A DNA stretch of 32,000 nucleotides from Wolbachia endosymbiont of Onchocerca ochengi. Its GTDB lineage: Bacteria; Pseudomonadota; Alphaproteobacteria; Rickettsiales; Anaplasmataceae. The notes under the pieces were generated by a model that did not search any database, was not told the DNA's origin, and was given only the letters and a program-made list of their open reading frames with translations. The stretch lies in the NCBI RefSeq assembly GCF_000306885.1, contig NC_018267.1, positions 540,001 through 572,000 of the forward strand, in the 5' to 3' direction. Position numbers and translations under genes: made by a program. Below are positions 1 to 9,121 of this stretch, piece by piece (positions within the stretch are counted from its first letter, which is position 1; every line of letters begins with the position of its first letter).

Positions 1-170
1 AAATTAATAAACGCTTTTTACTTACTCTAATCATTGTAATCACTGTTGTAACAGCATCATCTCTTGGTTTCACTATGCATTATTCTAAATTATCTAAAGG
101 GTTTCTACTAGGGTGCTTGTCTATAATTACAGTTGCTGTGATTTTGATTCCTTGTGTTACGTTAATCTGA
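1..170 (+). CDS. 3' end of an ORF truncated by the window edge; small hydrophobic C-terminus (about 2 TM helices), product unknown
   Basis: Frame 3 is open from the window edge to TGA at 168-170 (..INKRFLLTLIIVITVVTASSLGFTMHYSKLSKGFLLGCLSIITVAVILIPCVTLI*). It is absent from the ORF track because no start lies in the window. No family recognised. Confidence 0.3.
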   Translation, partial: INKRFLLTLIIVITVVTASSLGFTMHYSKLSKGFLLGCLSIITVAVILIPCVTLI

Positions 171-672
171 CTAGTTTTACTTGTACCATTTCTCATTTTT
201 TAGGCTATTAGTAAAGATATATCTAACTGAAAAGCGTGAGTAAATATAGAAGACAATCAAGATCAAATGGTGAATAAAGTTGATAATGAATGGTATAAAG
301 AGCATATTAAAAAAGAAGTTATAAACTGGAGCAATGAGACGATACGGATCAATTAAATACTGATTCATGCTAATCATTAATTAGACATGACCGCTAACTG
401 TAAAAGTAATATCTGGAAAAATGGATGATAAGCAGGTTGTAGACTAAATTATTGTAACAAAGAGTGTAAATAATATGGTATAAAGAAAATTTTGCTGCTG
501 CTATGGAGTTATTATACGCTATGGTTGGTGGAATAGGAATAGACTTTAATTTTAAGTGAGCAAAGGAGATAGTAAACGAAACGCAAAAAAAAGTTAATGA
601 CCAAAGTTAGTTAATGTGAGCTTTTCTTTCTGCAATGGTAATTTAGGTGGAAGCTATTATTTTTATAGTAAT

Positions 673-1230
673 TTATTTTACTAGCGGTAAAGTAATACCG
701 TACTGCTTCATATATTTTCCTTTCATGTCATCATATGATTTTTCACACTCGCTTTTGCTATTTAAGAACACAAATTGGCATGCACCTTCATTAGCATAAA
801 TTTTTGCAGGAAGTGGAGTGGTGTTGGAAAACTCTAATGTGACATAGCCTTCCCATCCAGGCTCTAGAGGAGTAACATTTACTATAATTCCACACCTTGC
901 ATAAGTTGATTTCCCAACGCAAATACCCAGTACATTTCTTGGTATACGGAAATATTCAACTGTACTTGCAAGTACAAAACTATTTGGTGGAACTATACAT
1001 ACATCTATTTCTTTGTCTATGAAGCTATTCTCGGGGAAATTTTTAGGGTCTATGACAGCTGAATTAACATTAGTAAAAATCTTAAATTTATTACTTACTC
1101 TTGCATCATATCCGTAAGATGATAGCCCAAAAGATATAACGCCTTTACTACTTTTGTGACCTATAAAGGGTTCTATCATTCCAAAGTTTTCAGCTTTTTC
1201 TTTTATCCATTTATCCGGCATGACTGACAT
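673..1230 (-). CDS. dcd: dCTP deaminase
   Basis: 185-aa ORF. The N-terminus 'MPDKWI..A....MIEPF' and the motifs 'SYGYDARV', '[13 protein letters not shown]', '[10 protein letters not shown]' and 'EPGWEG.VTLE' are typical of the Dcd/dUTPase-fold family. Confidence 0.93.
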   Translation of the reverse strand: MSVMPDKWIKEKAENFGMIEPFIGHKSSKGVISFGLSSYGYDARVSNKFKIFTNVNSAVIDPKNFPENSFIDKEIDVCIVPPNSFVLASTVEYFRIPRNVLGICVGKSTYARCGIIVNVTPLEPGWEGYVTLEFSNTTPLPAKIYANEGACQFVFLNSKSECEKSYDDMKGKYMKQYGITLPLVK

Positions 1231-1385
1231 GATTGTTCTTTAAAATTATGTAATACCTATTATAATATTAAATAAAATTTGAATGTAAACTATAGGCCTA
1301 GCAGCTTCTATTATTCTAGTATCTAAATAACTGCATAAATAGCATCTGAAAGTGAGTCCATGTTTTATGGTGCTTCTTTCCTCTT

Positions 1386-1455
1386 TGTCATTCTAGCACT
1401 TGATGGTGAAGTACGGGAAAAGAGAATAGATCTTAGTGTCAGCTAGTTGGATAAC
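1386..1455. repeat. Degenerate palindromic intergenic element, possibly a decayed Wolbachia palindromic-element-like repeat
   Basis: 'tgtcattctagcacttga..' and '..cttagtgtcagctagttggataaca' are partly reverse-complementary. They resemble, from memory only, the 'GTCATCCCAGTGCTTGAC / CCAGTGTCAGCTACTTGGATGACA' type short palindromic repeats of Wolbachia intergenic DNA. Not verified by alignment. Confidence 0.25.
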
Positions 1456-1487
1456 ATTTATGGAAACTAAGTGGATCTAAAACACTT

Positions 1488-1991
1488 CTAGCTTTTATAT
1501 TTCTTGAGACTTTTATTAGTAACAACTACTGTATTTGCAATCTTGTCGTGCCAAGTTTGGCAGCGTTTGTTAAAGCTTGATAATAAAAAGCCCAGAAATA
1601 ATGGTGAAGCTGATAATATCATAGAAAAAAATCTCTTTGTTGCTTGTTTTAGGGTCACCTTTTTAAAAGTCTGTGCGTCTACGACTTTGAGTCCAAGTAG
1701 TAGTTTTCCGGGTGTAGCAGCAAACCTTATCCACATGTATGTGACATAACTAAAGAGTATAATGAATTGGGCTATTTGATTTAAGATTAATAATTTAATA
1801 AATCTACTTTGTACTACCTTTTCTTCTGTAGAAAGTGATACTTGCATTTGATATTTTGTAGCAATTTGACTTAGTACTTTGCCATTTTCTGAGTTTATAA
1901 AGAACTGGTTTAGGGTTTGGCCGCAGAGCTGTAAGAATAAGATAATAATAATTAAATCAAGTAATATTGATGTGTAGCGCTTAAGCCCCAT
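1488..1991 (-). CDS. RDD-family integral membrane protein
   Basis: The C-terminal half carries the RDD signature context ('RFAATPGKLLLGLKVVD...' and 'HDKIANTVVV'). The longest ORF starts at 2102, only 8 nt from tRNA-Leu. The internal ATG at 1991 (MGLKRYTSILLDLII..) gives the usual RDD N-terminus, so I prefer it; 2102 remains an alternative start. Confidence 0.8.
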   Translation of the reverse strand: MGLKRYTSILLDLIIIILFLQLCGQTLNQFFINSENGKVLSQIATKYQMQVSLSTEEKVVQSRFIKLLILNQIAQFIILFSYVTYMWIRFAATPGKLLLGLKVVDAQTFKKVTLKQATKRFFSMILSASPLFLGFLLSSFNKRCQTWHDKIANTVVVTNKSLKKYKS

Positions 1992-2110
1992 CACATAACA
2001 TATATTATTTTTATCATTTTTTGTTTTTTGAATAGTATTTATAGGAAAAAAAATAGAGAATAAATGATTAAAAATTTTGTGTAACATAATGGTATTCCCC
2101 AATATTTAAG

Positions 2111-2193
2111 TACTCCTGGCCGGACTTGAACCAGCATACCTTTTCGGGTAACAGATTTTGAGTCTGCTGTGTCTACCATTCCACCACAGGAGC
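2111..2193 (-). tRNA. tRNA-Leu (anticodon CAA), class II with long variable arm
   Basis: The reverse complement folds as a cloverleaf. Acceptor GCTCCTG/CAGGAGT, anticodon stem GCAGA/TCTGT with loop CT-CAA-AA, variable arm TACCCGAAAAGGTAT, T-arm GCTGG-TTCAAGT-CCGGC, discriminator A. No encoded CCA. Confidence 0.9.
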
Positions 2194-2305
2194 TTAAGTT
2201 TTAATGCTATAAGCAACACGGAATTAGTCAAATTTTTTTACTTTCAAACGGAGATTAAATATTCTACTATAAGTAAATAGTTACTAGTTACTCTAGAAAT
2301 TTAAA

Positions 2306-3757
2306 ATGATTGAATCAGCTAATTTCGTCGATTCGGGAAATATAGGCAAGGAAATATGTAAATTACCACATAACTTAGAAGCAGAGCAAATGCTTATTGG
2401 CGCAATGATTCGTGATAATAGAATTTGCGATGCGGTTGAAGATGTAATCGCAGCAGATAATTTCTATGATCCATTGCATCAAAGTATTTTTACTCAGATA
2501 TCTAAAACTAGAAAACATGGTATGGTTGCTAATGAGCTGACCCTCAAAATGTTTTTTGAGAACGATGAAGCATTTGCTAAGTGCGGTGGAGTCGAATATC
2601 TTGCAAAGCTTGCAGCAAAAGCAAGTATTGCGCTTGATATCCATAGTTTGACTAGAATAATCCGTGATACTTATTTAAGAAGGTATTTAATTAAGCTCGG
2701 ACAGGAAATAATTGATGATAGTTATAGTTATGACATTGAAAACCCTGCACAAGTGCAGGTTGAACAGGCGATGACCAAGTTGTTTAACTTAGCAGTAAAA
2801 AAGCAGGGCGAGAAGACGTATGTAAAGCTTGCAAGTTCGGTTAGAAATGTAGTCGAAAGAATAAGCACACTGAAAAATAATCCAGAAGCGCTAGGTATTA
2901 CAACTGGGCTTCAAGATTTAAACCAGCTTCTTGGTGGTCTGCAGAAATCTGATCTATTAGTTCTGGCTGCAAGACCTTCTATGGGTAAGACAGCATTGGC
3001 GCTAAATATCGCACTTAACGCTTGTAAGATTTTGCAAAAAAGAGGAGATAAGGAACACTATATAGTATTTTTTTCGCTTGAAATGTCGGCAGAGCAGTTA
3101 GCTGCGAGACTGATTACCATAGATTCAGGAGTTAGCTATTATAGAGCGTTAACCGGAAGAATTAGTGATTTTGAATTACATGAATTTATCAATGCTAGTA
3201 CAAAATTATCTGAACTATCTTTTATAATAGACGATACTCCTGCATTATCAATCAGTGCTCTTCGCACCAGAATACGTTTGCTGTATCAATTGTATAATGT
3301 AAAAGTAGTATTTGTCGATTATCTGCAATTAATCAGAGGAACAACAAAAAGAAGTAACGAGAACAGAGTACAAGAAATTTCAGAAGTAACTCAGGGTTTG
3401 AAAGCAATTGCAAAAGAACTAAATATTCCCGTTGTTGCACTATCCCAACTTTCACGTTCTGTTGAGCAGAGGGATGACAAAAAACCACAACTTGCTGATT
3501 TGCGTGATTCGGGAAGTATAGAACAAGATGCAGATATAGTAATGTTCCTTTATAGAGAAGAATATTATGAGCTTAGAAAACAGCCAAGTGAAGGAAGCAA
3601 TAAACATCGAGAGTGGCAAGAGAAAATGGAAAAAATTAGAAACATTGCAGAGCTTATTATTGCAAAACAAAGAAACGGGCCAGTTGGCAGTGTAAAGCTA
3701 TATTTTGACTCTAATCGAGGTGCATTCAAAGATTACACGGAAAGATACAGTTTATAG
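2306..3757 (+). CDS. dnaB: Replicative DNA helicase DnaB
   Basis: 483 aa. N-terminal 'PHNLEAEQMLIGAMI', Walker A 'ARPSMGKTALALN', and 'SLEMS', 'VFVDYLQLI', 'ALSQLSR.VE.R' and 'DLRDSGSIEQDAD' motifs of the DnaB family. Confidence 0.95.
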   Translation: MIESANFVDSGNIGKEICKLPHNLEAEQMLIGAMIRDNRICDAVEDVIAADNFYDPLHQSIFTQISKTRKHGMVANELTLKMFFENDEAFAKCGGVEYLAKLAAKASIALDIHSLTRIIRDTYLRRYLIKLGQEIIDDSYSYDIENPAQVQVEQAMTKLFNLAVKKQGEKTYVKLASSVRNVVERISTLKNNPEALGITTGLQDLNQLLGGLQKSDLLVLAARPSMGKTALALNIALNACKILQKRGDKEHYIVFFSLEMSAEQLAARLITIDSGVSYYRALTGRISDFELHEFINASTKLSELSFIIDDTPALSISALRTRIRLLYQLYNVKVVFVDYLQLIRGTTKRSNENRVQEISEVTQGLKAIAKELNIPVVALSQLSRSVEQRDDKKPQLADLRDSGSIEQDADIVMFLYREEYYELRKQPSEGSNKHREWQEKMEKIRNIAELIIAKQRNGPVGSVKLYFDSNRGAFKDYTERYSL

Positions 3758-4396
3758 TCTTTAGCGGTCTTTTGTTAATACCTATCTTTACTATGATTTA
3801 CTAATTTGTTAGTAAAATTAACTCTTCTTTTTATTTGTGCTAGAATTTAAGTGCTAAATAATTTTAGCGAGGTATGTAATGGAAAGTATGTTTAATAAAA
3901 TCAACGCACTTTGAGAAGCAATTGGTTAGTAAAGAGAAAGCAATATGGAGGTTAATAATGAAGTTGTTGCTTATCTTGATAAGCTGAAACGTCAAGGGCA
4001 TAGAAGAAGAAAGCAAGAAAAGACTTTGGACTGTACAGATCTCAGGAATCCATTTAAAGAAAGAAAACAGGGTGACTTTTAGAATCTATAATTTTTAGCA
4101 GTCTGTCTGGCGAAAATTTTAAAAAAGGAGATAAGATTTTCTGGCTTAGAAAATTAGCCAGCTAAAAAAGAAACTAAAGTTAACGGTTATTTAAATTAAA
4201 ACAGTAAGTGCAGTAGTTAGTTGGCTTGCTCGTTAAGTAGCAAAATTCGCACCTTACTTACCTTATGTTTCCTATAATTATTTTACTGCTTCTGTGTCAG
4301 CACCGTTTGATAATGTTGAAATTACTGAATTATCTGTTACTAATCAAGGTATAATAACAAGCTCAATATTTTAAAACAAAATGGTAAAGAGTAATA

Positions 4397-5947
4397 CTAT
4401 GTGCCCTCTGCTTGATTGTTAATCTTTAAAAAGACTGGTGTAGGTTTAGGTAATGTTACGCCTGAGGTTATGCATGCGCCGCATAGGGATTTTAAATTGC
4501 GTTGCTTCTTTGGAATTTGCAATTGGTCAAGTATTATCTCTGCTGACTTTGGAACGATTGGTTGCAATAAAATACCGATTATTCTAATATACTCCAATAG
4601 TTTGTGGATTATTAAATTCATACGCTCTCTATTGGTTTTGCTCAGTGTCCAGGGTGTGCTTCTATCTATATAAGCATTAGCTTCAGATGAGATATTGGTG
4701 ATCAGAAGTATGATATGGTTAAATTCATACTTTGATAGATGATTCACCACTTGATTGAGTATAGCTTTGCAATTGGGTAAACCCTCAGCATCTTTGAGTA
4801 AGTTCCGGTTGATTGTTGGTACAACCCCCGAACATTGCTTGTGTAAAAATGAAATTGTTCTTTGCACTAAATTACCTATGTTGTTTGTCAATTCTGAGTT
4901 TATTCGATTAACCATATTTTTCTTATTAAAGTTGCCGTCTTGACCGAAGCTTATTTCTCTAAGGAGAAAATAGCGTAACTGATCAACACCAAACTCTTCA
5001 GCTAATCTGATTGGATCTATAATATTGCCAAGTGACTTGGATATTTTTTCTCCTTCGTTTAGCCACCAACCATGAACTGCGATTTGTTTTGGCAGCGGTA
5101 AATCTGCTGCAAGGAGAATTGCTGGCCAATATACAGCGTGAAAACGCAATATATCTTTACCAATTACATGAACATTGAAAGAGTTATCGTTTGCCCAAAG
5201 CTTTTTATATTCCTTGCTTTCAATGTTAGGGAAACCTATCGATGTGAGGTAATTAGTTAACGCATCTATCCAGACGTAGATTATATGTTTATTATTACCT
5301 GGTACTTTTATTCCCCAATTTAAACTAGTGCGAGAGATCGAAAGGTCAGTTAATCCTGATCTTGCAAATGATATCACTTCATTTTTTCTGCTCTCAGGAA
5401 AGATAAAATTTGGCTGATTTTTATATAACTCTAGTAATTTATTCTGCCAATCCGACAGACGAAAAAAGTAACTTTCTTCTTTTATCCATTGAACTTCACC
5501 ACCTGTTGGTGTTTTACCATCTATCAGCTCCGATTCTTGATAAAATGCTTCATCGCGTACTGAATACCAACCTGAGTAGTAATCTAAGTATATTTGTCCT
5601 CTTTCTTCAAGTCTATTCCATAAAGCTATAACTACTTTCTCGTGACGTCTTTCCGTGGTGCGAATAAAATCATCATATTGAAAATTTATGGATTCAGCTA
5701 GTTTTTTAAATGAGACGCTTACTTTATCTGTAAATTCTTTTGGCTGCATTCCTTTTATTTTGGCTGCTTTTTCAATTTTTTGTCCATGTTCGTCTGTGCC
5801 AGTAGTAAATTTAACGTATTTTCCAGCTAGTTTTATGAACCTTGCTGCCGCGTCGCACAAAAGAGAAGTATACGCATGGCCAATGTGTGGTTTGTCGTTT
5901 ACATAATATATTGGTGTGGTGATGTAAAAATTCTCGAATTGTTTCAT
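4397..5947 (-). CDS. metG: Methionine--tRNA ligase
   Basis: Class I aaRS HIGH motif ('YVNDKPHIGHAYT') and KMSKS-like 'KISKSLGN'. The ATG at 5947 (MKQFENFYITTPIYY) gives the canonical N-terminus. The longest ORF extends to 5980 (11 extra aa), which is the alternative start. Confidence 0.93.
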   Translation of the reverse strand: MKQFENFYITTPIYYVNDKPHIGHAYTSLLCDAAARFIKLAGKYVKFTTGTDEHGQKIEKAAKIKGMQPKEFTDKVSVSFKKLAESINFQYDDFIRTTERRHEKVVIALWNRLEERGQIYLDYYSGWYSVRDEAFYQESELIDGKTPTGGEVQWIKEESYFFRLSDWQNKLLELYKNQPNFIFPESRKNEVISFARSGLTDLSISRTSLNWGIKVPGNNKHIIYVWIDALTNYLTSIGFPNIESKEYKKLWANDNSFNVHVIGKDILRFHAVYWPAILLAADLPLPKQIAVHGWWLNEGEKISKSLGNIIDPIRLAEEFGVDQLRYFLLREISFGQDGNFNKKNMVNRINSELTNNIGNLVQRTISFLHKQCSGVVPTINRNLLKDAEGLPNCKAILNQVVNHLSKYEFNHIILLITNISSEANAYIDRSTPWTLSKTNRERMNLIIHKLLEYIRIIGILLQPIVPKSAEIILDQLQIPKKQRNLKSLCGACITSGVTLPKPTPVFLKINNQAEGT

Positions 5948-6000
5948 TATGTAATGCTTAAAGTTTAATCGTACCTGCACTAGTAATAAAAATCAATAGG

Positions 6001-7167
6001 TTAACCATTCGCTAAGCCACACAGTATATAATTGATGCTCACGTCTTGAGTCAAATTCCACTCACGCTTTATCACATTATATGTCATACCAGTCATACTT
6101 TGTAACGTTACGTTATTTTCTCTTAGGTGATTTGCAATTTCTGATGGTTTGAGAAATTTATTCCAATTATGTGTACCTTTTGGCAGCCAGTTTAATATGT
6201 ACTCTGCACCAATTATTGCAAAACAGAAGGACTTAATGTTTCTATTTATTGTGGATATAAATATCAGCCCCTCTGGTTTTAGTAGCTCTACCGCTTTTTT
6301 CATAAAAAACTCTAAGTTATTCACATGTTCAACTACTTCCATAAGTAGAACTACATCATATTTTTTGCTGTTGCTTAATTCTTCAATACTAGTGTGTATA
6401 TATTCTATATTTGACCCTACTTTTTTTGTATATGATTGTGCTGCTTTTATGTTTTCTTCGCATATATCTATTCCTACGACATTAATACCAATGCGTGCCA
6501 TTGACTCTGATAAAATACCACCACCGCATCCAACATCAAGAAGTGATATTTCATTTAAGTCGCATTTTTTAAACTCTTTTATTTTCTCTATAATGTAAGA
6601 TCCTCTCACAGGGTTCATCATGTGTAATAGCTTGAATTTGCCGTCCTCATTCCACCATTCACTTGCTATTTTAGCAAATTTTGACACCTCGTCTTCATTA
6701 TAAGTTTGTGTGTTTTTTTTTCTACTGATATTGCTAAGCTTATCAAGACGTTTTTTATGCCTGCTTTCTTTTGAAAACTCTGTTTCGAGAAATTGTTTAA
6801 CTATGTCTTTTGCTAACTCATTGTTAGTGAACCCTGCGCCAAGACACAGTACATTTGCATTACCGTGTTCGCGAGCCAATTTTGTAATTTCAACACTATC
6901 ACATAAAGCAGCATAAATTCCTTCAAAGCGATTCGCTACAGTACTCATGCCTAACCCTGTGCCGCAAATTAATATTCCATAATCTGCTTTTCTGTTTATT
7001 ATATCTTTTACAACCTTAATAGCATAGTCTGGATAATCTACACTCTTTTGTTCAGCAGTGCAGCCGTGATCTGTCACTGTATAACCTAGTGTTTTCAGAT
7101 AAGGTTTTATCTCTGATTTTAATTCATAACCAGCATGATCTGAGGCAATTGATATTATATTTGACAT
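6001..7167 (-). CDS. rpiB/ubiG: Fused ribose-5-phosphate isomerase B (aa 1 to about 150) / UbiG-type 3-demethylubiquinol 3-O-methyltransferase (aa about 155-388)
   Basis: The N-terminal half has RpiB/LacAB motifs ('IASDHAGYELK', 'ICGTGLGMS..ANR', 'REH.NANVL.LGA', '..RH.KRLDK'). The C-terminal half has UbiG motifs ('WWNEDGKFKLLH..NP.R', SAM motif I 'LLDVGCGGGILSE', 'DVV..MEVVEHV'). It is one uninterrupted 388-aa frame. Confidence 0.85.
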   Translation of the reverse strand: MSNIISIASDHAGYELKSEIKPYLKTLGYTVTDHGCTAEQKSVDYPDYAIKVVKDIINRKADYGILICGTGLGMSTVANRFEGIYAALCDSVEITKLAREHGNANVLCLGAGFTNNELAKDIVKQFLETEFSKESRHKKRLDKLSNISRKKNTQTYNEDEVSKFAKIASEWWNEDGKFKLLHMMNPVRGSYIIEKIKEFKKCDLNEISLLDVGCGGGILSESMARIGINVVGIDICEENIKAAQSYTKKVGSNIEYIHTSIEELSNSKKYDVVLLMEVVEHVNNLEFFMKKAVELLKPEGLIFISTINRNIKSFCFAIIGAEYILNWLPKGTHNWNKFLKPSEIANHLRENNVTLQSMTGMTYNVIKREWNLTQDVSINYILCGLANG

Positions 7168-7333
7168 ATTAAGAATAATGGCTTAAAGGTATTTGATATA
7201 AATAATTTATTTTGTTTTTTTGTCAAGTTGTCTAGTGCTAATGATCTTTTATTAGTCTTAAAATTTGAAATAAATTTTCAGTTAAATATGTATAAGTACT
7301 ATATAATTCTTATCCTACTACTAACTTAATAGA

Positions 7334-9121
7334 ATGGATTGCATAGATATTATAAAGTCAAGGTTATTATTATCTGACATAGTAGGTAAGAAAGTTAGGC
7401 TAATAAAAAGAGGAGACAGTTTTGTTGGACTCTGTCCGTTTCATAACGAAAAAACTCCATCTTTTTTTGTGAGCAATATTAAAGGATTATATTATTGTTT
7501 TGGCTGTTCAGCTCGTGGTGATGCATTTGAGTTTATTTCACAGACTGAGGGCTTGAGCTTTAAAGAAGTATTAGAAAGACTGGCGTCAGTTACAAGTGTT
7601 GAGTTGCATAAAAACTTCAGTGCTGCTAAGTTTAAGGAAAGTGACAAACTGTTTTCAGTGCTAAGTTTAGCTGCAAATTGGTTTGTACAGAAGAGGAATC
7701 AGGGTGTTGTAGCTTATCTAAAAGAGCGTAAGATTTTACCTAAAATTATAGATAGATTTAAAATAGGTTATGCACCAAGCTCTGGTTTGAAAGAATATTT
7801 GAACTCTTCCGGTATTGAAGATAAAATTTTGGCTGATATTGGTTTAGTAAATAAAAGTTTTCGTGATTATTTTTGTAATCGGCTGATGTTTCCTATATGC
7901 AATATCACAGGCAAAGTTATTGGTTTTGGTGGGCGTGCGTTAAGTTCTGGGCAGAAGCCAAAATATTTAAACAGTCCAGAGAGCCAGCTATTTAAGAAAA
8001 GGGAAAACTTATATGGATTAAACTTTGCTTTGAGCGAAATACTCAAAAAACAACACGTATTTGTTGTTGAAGGGTATATCGATGTGATAGCACTTCATCA
8101 AGCAGGAATTAGCAATACAGTTGCCACGCTTGGCACTGCAACTTCTATAGAGCAGATAAAAAATCTATGGAGGTTTGCTAAAGAAATTTCCATATGCATG
8201 GATGGCGATGGTGCTGGATGTAATGCTGCAATTAGAATTGCAGAATTTGCTCTATCAGTTCTTAAACCTGGATACACATTAAAGTTTGTGACTTTATCAA
8301 AAAATAAAGATCCATATGATATATGTAACGAACTGAAATATAAAAAAGAAGATGTGCTTTCTGCACTTGATCATTCAACAGAACTGCATTCTGAATATCT
8401 ATGGCGTCACATAGTCAATAGTAATCTCCGAGGCTATGAAAAACCTACTCCGGAAAAATATTCAATTCTTGAGCACAAGTTCATGAGATATATCAATGCT
8501 ATAGGTAACAGTAGTATTAAAAGATACTACAGAGATTACTTTTATGATAAAACCAGTGAATTAAGAAGAGGCTTTAAAAAGCACATTTTCAATAGTAAAA
8601 TTAGAATAGCAAAAAGTGAGTATTTTTACAATAAATCTCCAGAGCTAATTGAAGCGGAACAAAATCAGGCTATAATTCTACGTATAGCAATAGAATTTCC
8701 TAAGATCTTACATTATCCTATATTTTTTGAACAGTTTTCTCATTTTGAATTTACTAATATAAAAATGAAAATATTACAACGGCGTGTGATTAATGCTGTA
8801 AATAATGGAAGTATATTTAATAAAGAGACTTTATTACAGAGGTTTGAACAGTCTGATGATATTGAGGTTGTAAAGTTTATATTTAAAAAAACTAGTGTAC
8901 TGAACAGTCAATTAAACGAGAGAAAATCAGCAGAGATTGTGTGGAATAACATAGTGCTACTGAAAGAATTGAATATATTACAAAAAGAAAAAATCAAGGC
9001 AAGGCTCAGTGGTAATTTTGGCTTAGAGGGAAGGTTAATAGAGCAAATAAAGCAAATAGAAAGTAGTGTACAAGAGATGCAAATGAAATTTATTCAAAAG
9101 TTAGATAGATCACAAATGTAA
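7334..9121 (+). CDS. dnaG: DNA primase DnaG
   Basis: 595 aa. CHC2 zinc finger 'CPFHNEKTPSF.V......YYCFGC...GD', RNA polymerase core 'R.MFPI....G.VIGFGGR', and TOPRIM 'VVEGYIDVIALHQAG' and 'DGDGAG'. Confidence 0.93.
   Translation: MDCIDIIKSRLLLSDIVGKKVRLIKRGDSFVGLCPFHNEKTPSFFVSNIKGLYYCFGCSARGDAFEFISQTEGLSFKEVLERLASVTSVELHKNFSAAKFKESDKLFSVLSLAANWFVQKRNQGVVAYLKERKILPKIIDRFKIGYAPSSGLKEYLNSSGIEDKILADIGLVNKSFRDYFCNRLMFPICNITGKVIGFGGRALSSGQKPKYLNSPESQLFKKRENLYGLNFALSEILKKQHVFVVEGYIDVIALHQAGISNTVATLGTATSIEQIKNLWRFAKEISICMDGDGAGCNAAIRIAEFALSVLKPGYTLKFVTLSKNKDPYDICNELKYKKEDVLSALDHSTELHSEYLWRHIVNSNLRGYEKPTPEKYSILEHKFMRYINAIGNSSIKRYYRDYFYDKTSELRRGFKKHIFNSKIRIAKSEYFYNKSPELIEAEQNQAIILRIAIEFPKILHYPIFFEQFSHFEFTNIKMKILQRRVINAVNNGSIFNKETLLQRFEQSDDIEVVKFIFKKTSVLNSQLNERKSAEIVWNNIVLLKELNILQKEKIKARLSGNFGLEGRLIEQIKQIESSVQEMQMKFIQKLDRSQM

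Noticed and set aside
177-377. 66-aa minus-strand ORF near the window start.
   Set aside because: The Phe/Ile/Asn-rich composition is typical of random AT-rich ORFs. There is no SD and no recognisable motif. It could be a tiny membrane protein, but nothing supports that.
1504-1749. Track ORFs lying antisense within well-supported genes: 1504-1749, 2375-2644, 3452-3670, 4416-4673, 4755-4943, 5410-5631, 5688-5906, 6149-6598, 6710-6916, 10895-11149, 11666-11899, 15369-15659, 17911-18099, 17937-18209, 18778-19122, 19609-19893, 20545-20958, 21395-21655, 22199-22393, 22745-22939, 25982-26206, 28834-29049, 31452-31682.
   Set aside because: All lie opposite ORFs with clear family motifs or much longer frames. 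They have low-complexity Leu/Phe/Ile/Ser-rich translations typical of shadow ORFs in AT-rich DNA, or they overlap the tRNA-Gln gene.
3797-3816. Hairpin tttactaa-tttg-ttagtaaa about 40 nt downstream of dnaB as a terminator.
   Set aside because: The 8-bp stem is almost entirely A/T and has no adjacent T-run, so it is thermodynamically too weak to call.
3945-4082. 45-aa ORF (MEVNNEVVAYLDKLKRQGHRRRKQEKTLDCTDLRNPFKERKQGDF) in the dnaB-metG spacer, plus two 21-aa ORFs near 31840-31905 and 31757-31822 on the minus strand.
   Set aside because: They are too short, have no recognisable family and have only weak or ambiguous ribosome-binding sites. They are possibly relic fragments, and there is not enough evidence to call genes.
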